DNA from: Piedraia hortae CBS 480.64
Taxonomy: Eukaryota
Length of the DNA stretch: 64,000 bases
Assembly: GCA_010093745.1 (NCBI GenBank)
Contig: MU005960.1
Span: 248,636 to 312,635, forward strand
Direction of reading: 5' to 3'
The notes under the pieces are model-generated. The model saw nothing but the letters and a program-made list of their open reading frames with translations. It searched no databases and was not told the origin of the DNA. The position numbers and the translations under genes were made by a program. Positions 61,161-64,000 of this stretch are shown piece after piece (the stretch's first letter is position 1; every line of letters begins with the position of its first letter).

Positions 61161-64000
61161 TTACCCACCCCCAAATAAACACCTCCACAAATCGCCCTGC
61201 TCGACGAACTCATCCCCAGTCATATCAATCGCCGGCTTAACGGCAGTAACCGCATCCTCCGCCTTCCCACCCCCCTCCCTCTCCAACTCCAACCTCCTCT
61301 GCAGTGAGAGATTATAAATCGGCACCTCAATCGAGTCCTGGACGAGGTAAATCCACACCGTCGTCGGTTGTGTCTGCCCAATCCGATGCACGCGGGCCGT
61401 GGCCTGCAACTCCACCGCTGTTTGAAGCATTGGCTCACAGATAAACACTTGAGTAGCTTCCGTTAGGGTCAAACCTGATGCTGATGTTCTCGCATCGAGG
61501 AGGAGACAATCGAAGACATCAAAGTCCTTGAACGAGTCGATCGAGTTAGACAAGTTTCCTACACGACAGAATCGGATTGCGCATTGTTGTAAGGCTTTGG
61601 AAAGGATATCGAGGAAGGGGGTGAATTGAGAGTAAATTACGGATTTTGTGCCCGGAGAGATTTGGCGGAGCCATTTGAGGTGGCGGCAGAGGGTGTCGAT
61701 TCTTGTTCCGAAGCTGGCAGGGAGAGTGATGTTGTTGATTTCTTGCATCATCTGGGAATCGATTGCCTGGGTTGTGGACAAGGATGGGTGGTGGATGGAG
61801 GAGTGGGGTTCCTCGTTGGCTTTGAGGACCCGCGCTCCGCGCTTGAAATGATGCAGGTCGTTGCGGGAGAGACGGACTCGGCAGTTGGGACATGTGTGTC
61901 TTTCTTGCCACCATTTGGCGATGCATGTTTTGCAACATTCGTGACCACAGACGGTCAGTATGCCTTCGTCGAAATTATCTTTGCAAATGGGGCATTCGCT
62001 TTGCTCGTCCCGATGCTCGCCCTTTTCCATTAGGTTTTGGAAATAGCGCTGCTTGGTCTTAAGCTGCTTTACCTGGCCGTTGGCCTTGGTTTCAGCGGCG
62101 TGGAATTGCTCGAATGATTCGACGTCGAAGCGGTCGTCTAGCTTGTCTTTCCACGGGGAGACCCCGCTGGAGATTTGTTGCAACTGACGATAGAATTCCA
62201 GCCGTTGATTTTGAGCGCCCCTGAAGAGGCTGAGCTCTCGTTGCAGTCCCGTCAGTACCTTGGAATACGAGGAGAAAATTTTCCGAAGGGTGTTGAACTG
62301 CTCCATGTCCTGTGAGGAGCGAGCTTGGTTCATGGAGCTTTGTAGCGAGCCCCTAAATCCCGCTGGTCTGATGATACGCTTTTCTGCGCGCAGTAGGCTG
62401 GATACACGCATGTATTCCACCGAAGATGCGTCGTCTCCTCGGGTCTCATTTTCGACAAGGTGAGCAGAGCTTCCTGTAACAAGGAGGTTAAGATCCGCGC
62501 AAAGGGCCTTGAGCGCATCAAAGTAAGCGTACAACGCATCTTGCTCCAGCACGGAATTATCGTACTCCTCACCAGTTGCTACCTGATCATCGTTTTGATC
62601 CATCAATGGCTTAGCAATGTAGCTAACCAGTTTCGACCGCCACTGTTGAATGAGAGCCCCATATTCTGCAAGACCCTGAAATATCCCCAGGTCATGTTGA
62701 GTGACGTATTGGACATCATCGCCAAGTAGCTCATCTATGTCCGGAAAGCTCGTCTGCTTATTTTTACTCACAAGGTCGGTGACCTGAGACATAAGCCGGT
62801 TGGCTCTGCTGCGTGAATCTTCCAAAATTTCCGCCCGGAGACCTCTAGCAAGGTCATAAGCTTCAGCCTCCGACTGTTCTAGACGGTTGAATTGATCAGA
62901 ACCAGGTTTAACCACCGAATTGTTTATTTTATACTGGTAGGTTGCTGTTGCTGCATGGAACGCAGCAAGATGGCGGTCTAGCAAAGCAGTGCGGAGGTTG
63001 TTGGTCAACTCGGTAAGGACCTTTGAGACCTCCGAGGTTGACTTTTTTGCAGAATTTGTCTTGTTCGAGAATGCTGACATTCGATCCCTTGCATCCTGTA
63101 ATAACACCGCACTCTTCTTCAGCGCATTTGTGTAAAATTGGAGTGCGTGTGCAGCTCGAAGCTCATCCTGGCGATTGTTCCCAATTACATGGCCTTGCAT
63201 CAAGAGGGACTGGACAACGTCACGCTCATGATTCCTGATCGCCTTGACGTTTTCATCCATCATCATTTGTAGCACATCGGTCACTGTGAGCAGAGCTGTG
63301 TTGCTACGACCGAGGAGTTTGCCAGTGTGACCATTCATGAGAGGATGCAGGCAAGCCATTCTCAGGCGTCGAAGCCATGAGCGCATTTTCTGCACAGTTA
63401 CTGGATCGTTGGGATCCCAGTAGCCGTTATTGGGCGAGCCGTCCAGGTTCACCCCTACATCGATGCACATTTCTTCAAACATTGTGGTGTACGCCTGCTG
63501 CTCAACTGCCGAAAATGGCATGGTAACCACAATCCGTTTCTGCGGCGGCAATTCCAGCTCCCCACCGACAAGAGCTTTGTTATGCCGGATAGCAATTGTC
63601 CCAAAGAGGCGTTGGCAAAGGTGACGATGCTTGGTTACGAGAAGATTCCAAAGCTTGACACTCTGGCTGAATGGCTTGTAATCCAGAAATATAAGCAGCC
63701 CATGCAGATCCTGAATGCCAGTGTACATGGGTGTGCCGGACACTGCCCAGCTGTGCATTCGTGACAACTGACGAGCAACTCGCGCCGCCGAAGTGACGCC
63801 AGAACTGACCATTTGTGCTTCATCTAGGCAGATACGCCACCATTTCAACTTCACCAGACAACTGGTCCGGCGAGCATACTTTTTGGGGTGCCTTAAGTTG
63901 CGTTGAGGTGGTTCCTCAACATAGTTCAACTCACGACCGAGCGTATCGTAGCTGACTAGAACAATGTCGTACTCCTTCTCCAGCTTCTTAACCACCTCGG
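61161..64000 (-). CDS. IRC20: Snf2 ATPase / RING E3 ligase, SHPRH-like (3' part; start outside window)
   Basis: WWRICLDEAQMV, WAVSGTP, RING CPIC..CGHECCKTC..CPNC, QATARVHRIGQ. Confidence 0.88.
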   Translation of the reverse strand, partial: EVVKKLEKEYDIVLVSYDTLGRELNYVEEPPQRNLRHPKKYARRTSCLVKLKWWRICLDEAQMVSSGVTSAARVARQLSRMHSWAVSGTPMYTGIQDLHGLLIFLDYKPFSQSVKLWNLLVTKHRHLCQRLFGTIAIRHNKALVGGELELPPQKRIVVTMPFSAVEQQAYTTMFEEMCIDVGVNLDGSPNNGYWDPNDPVTVQKMRSWLRRLRMACLHPLMNGHTGKLLGRSNTALLTVTDVLQMMMDENVKAIRNHERDVVQSLLMQGHVIGNNRQDELRAAHALQFYTNALKKSAVLLQDARDRMSAFSNKTNSAKKSTSEVSKVLTELTNNLRTALLDRHLAAFHAATATYQYKINNSVVKPGSDQFNRLEQSEAEAYDLARGLRAEILEDSRSRANRLMSQVTDLVSKNKQTSFPDIDELLGDDVQYVTQHDLGIFQGLAEYGALIQQWRSKLVSYIAKPLMDQNDDQVATGEEYDNSVLEQDALYAYFDALKALCADLNLLVTGSSAHLVENETRGDDASSVEYMRVSSLLRAEKRIIRPAGFRGSLQSSMNQARSSQDMEQFNTLRKIFSSYSKVLTGLQRELSLFRGAQNQRLEFYRQLQQISSGVSPWKDKLDDRFDVESFEQFHAAETKANGQVKQLKTKQRYFQNLMEKGEHRDEQSECPICKDNFDEGILTVCGHECCKTCIAKWWQERHTCPNCRVRLSRNDLHHFKRGARVLKANEEPHSSIHHPSLSTTQAIDSQMMQEINNITLPASFGTRIDTLCRHLKWLRQISPGTKSVIYSQFTPFLDILSKALQQCAIRFCRVGNLSNSIDSFKDFDVFDCLLLDARTSASGLTLTEATQVFICEPMLQTAVELQATARVHRIGQTQPTTVWIYLVQDSIEVPIYNLSLQRRLELEREGGGKAEDAVTAVKPAIDMTGDEFVEQGDLWRCLFGGG

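Noticed and set aside
1..64000. CRISPR arrays, tRNA or rRNA genes, Starship captain recombinase
   Set aside because: No spaced direct-repeat array, cloverleaf, rRNA segment or tyrosine-recombinase ORF recognised by eye; tRNAscan-SE and Infernal would be needed to exclude small RNAs.

Overview
A 64-kb window of a compact filamentous-ascomycete (Pezizomycotina) nuclear genome, with GT-AG introns mostly 43-59 nt long. Dense runs of housekeeping genes: ERD1 (partial), ECM29, an MST/GCK-III Ste20-like kinase, BXI1, COQ10, TRM140, a GAP1-like permease, a BEM3-type RhoGAP, YIP3/PRA1, ERJ5, RAMP4/YSY6, MDM20, a family-16 methyltransferase, DUF1640, a PAR32-like protein, an MFS pump, nitronate monooxygenase, RPB11, 14-3-3 and IRC20/SHPRH (partial). 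These runs are interrupted by gene-poor islands (~6.2-10.4, ~17-30, ~40.3-45.4 kb) holding solo-LTR-like repeats, pseudogenes and orphan genes. Main observations: (1) two complementary CHD1-derived loci, one an intact ORF with a probably inactive Snf2 ATPase and one a disrupted chromodomain+SANT/SLIDE locus lacking most of the ATPase; (2) a YIP3 gene whose extension ORF has no usable ATG and needs recoding, apparently by a route other than a single -1 shift; (3) an LTR-like repeat inserted in inverted orientation into a copy of itself; (4) a secreted Gly/Ser protein with repeated CxxCxxxGCPxC modules; (5) recurring C-rich to G-rich skew switches. All homology calls come from motif recognition by eye; no database searches were run.
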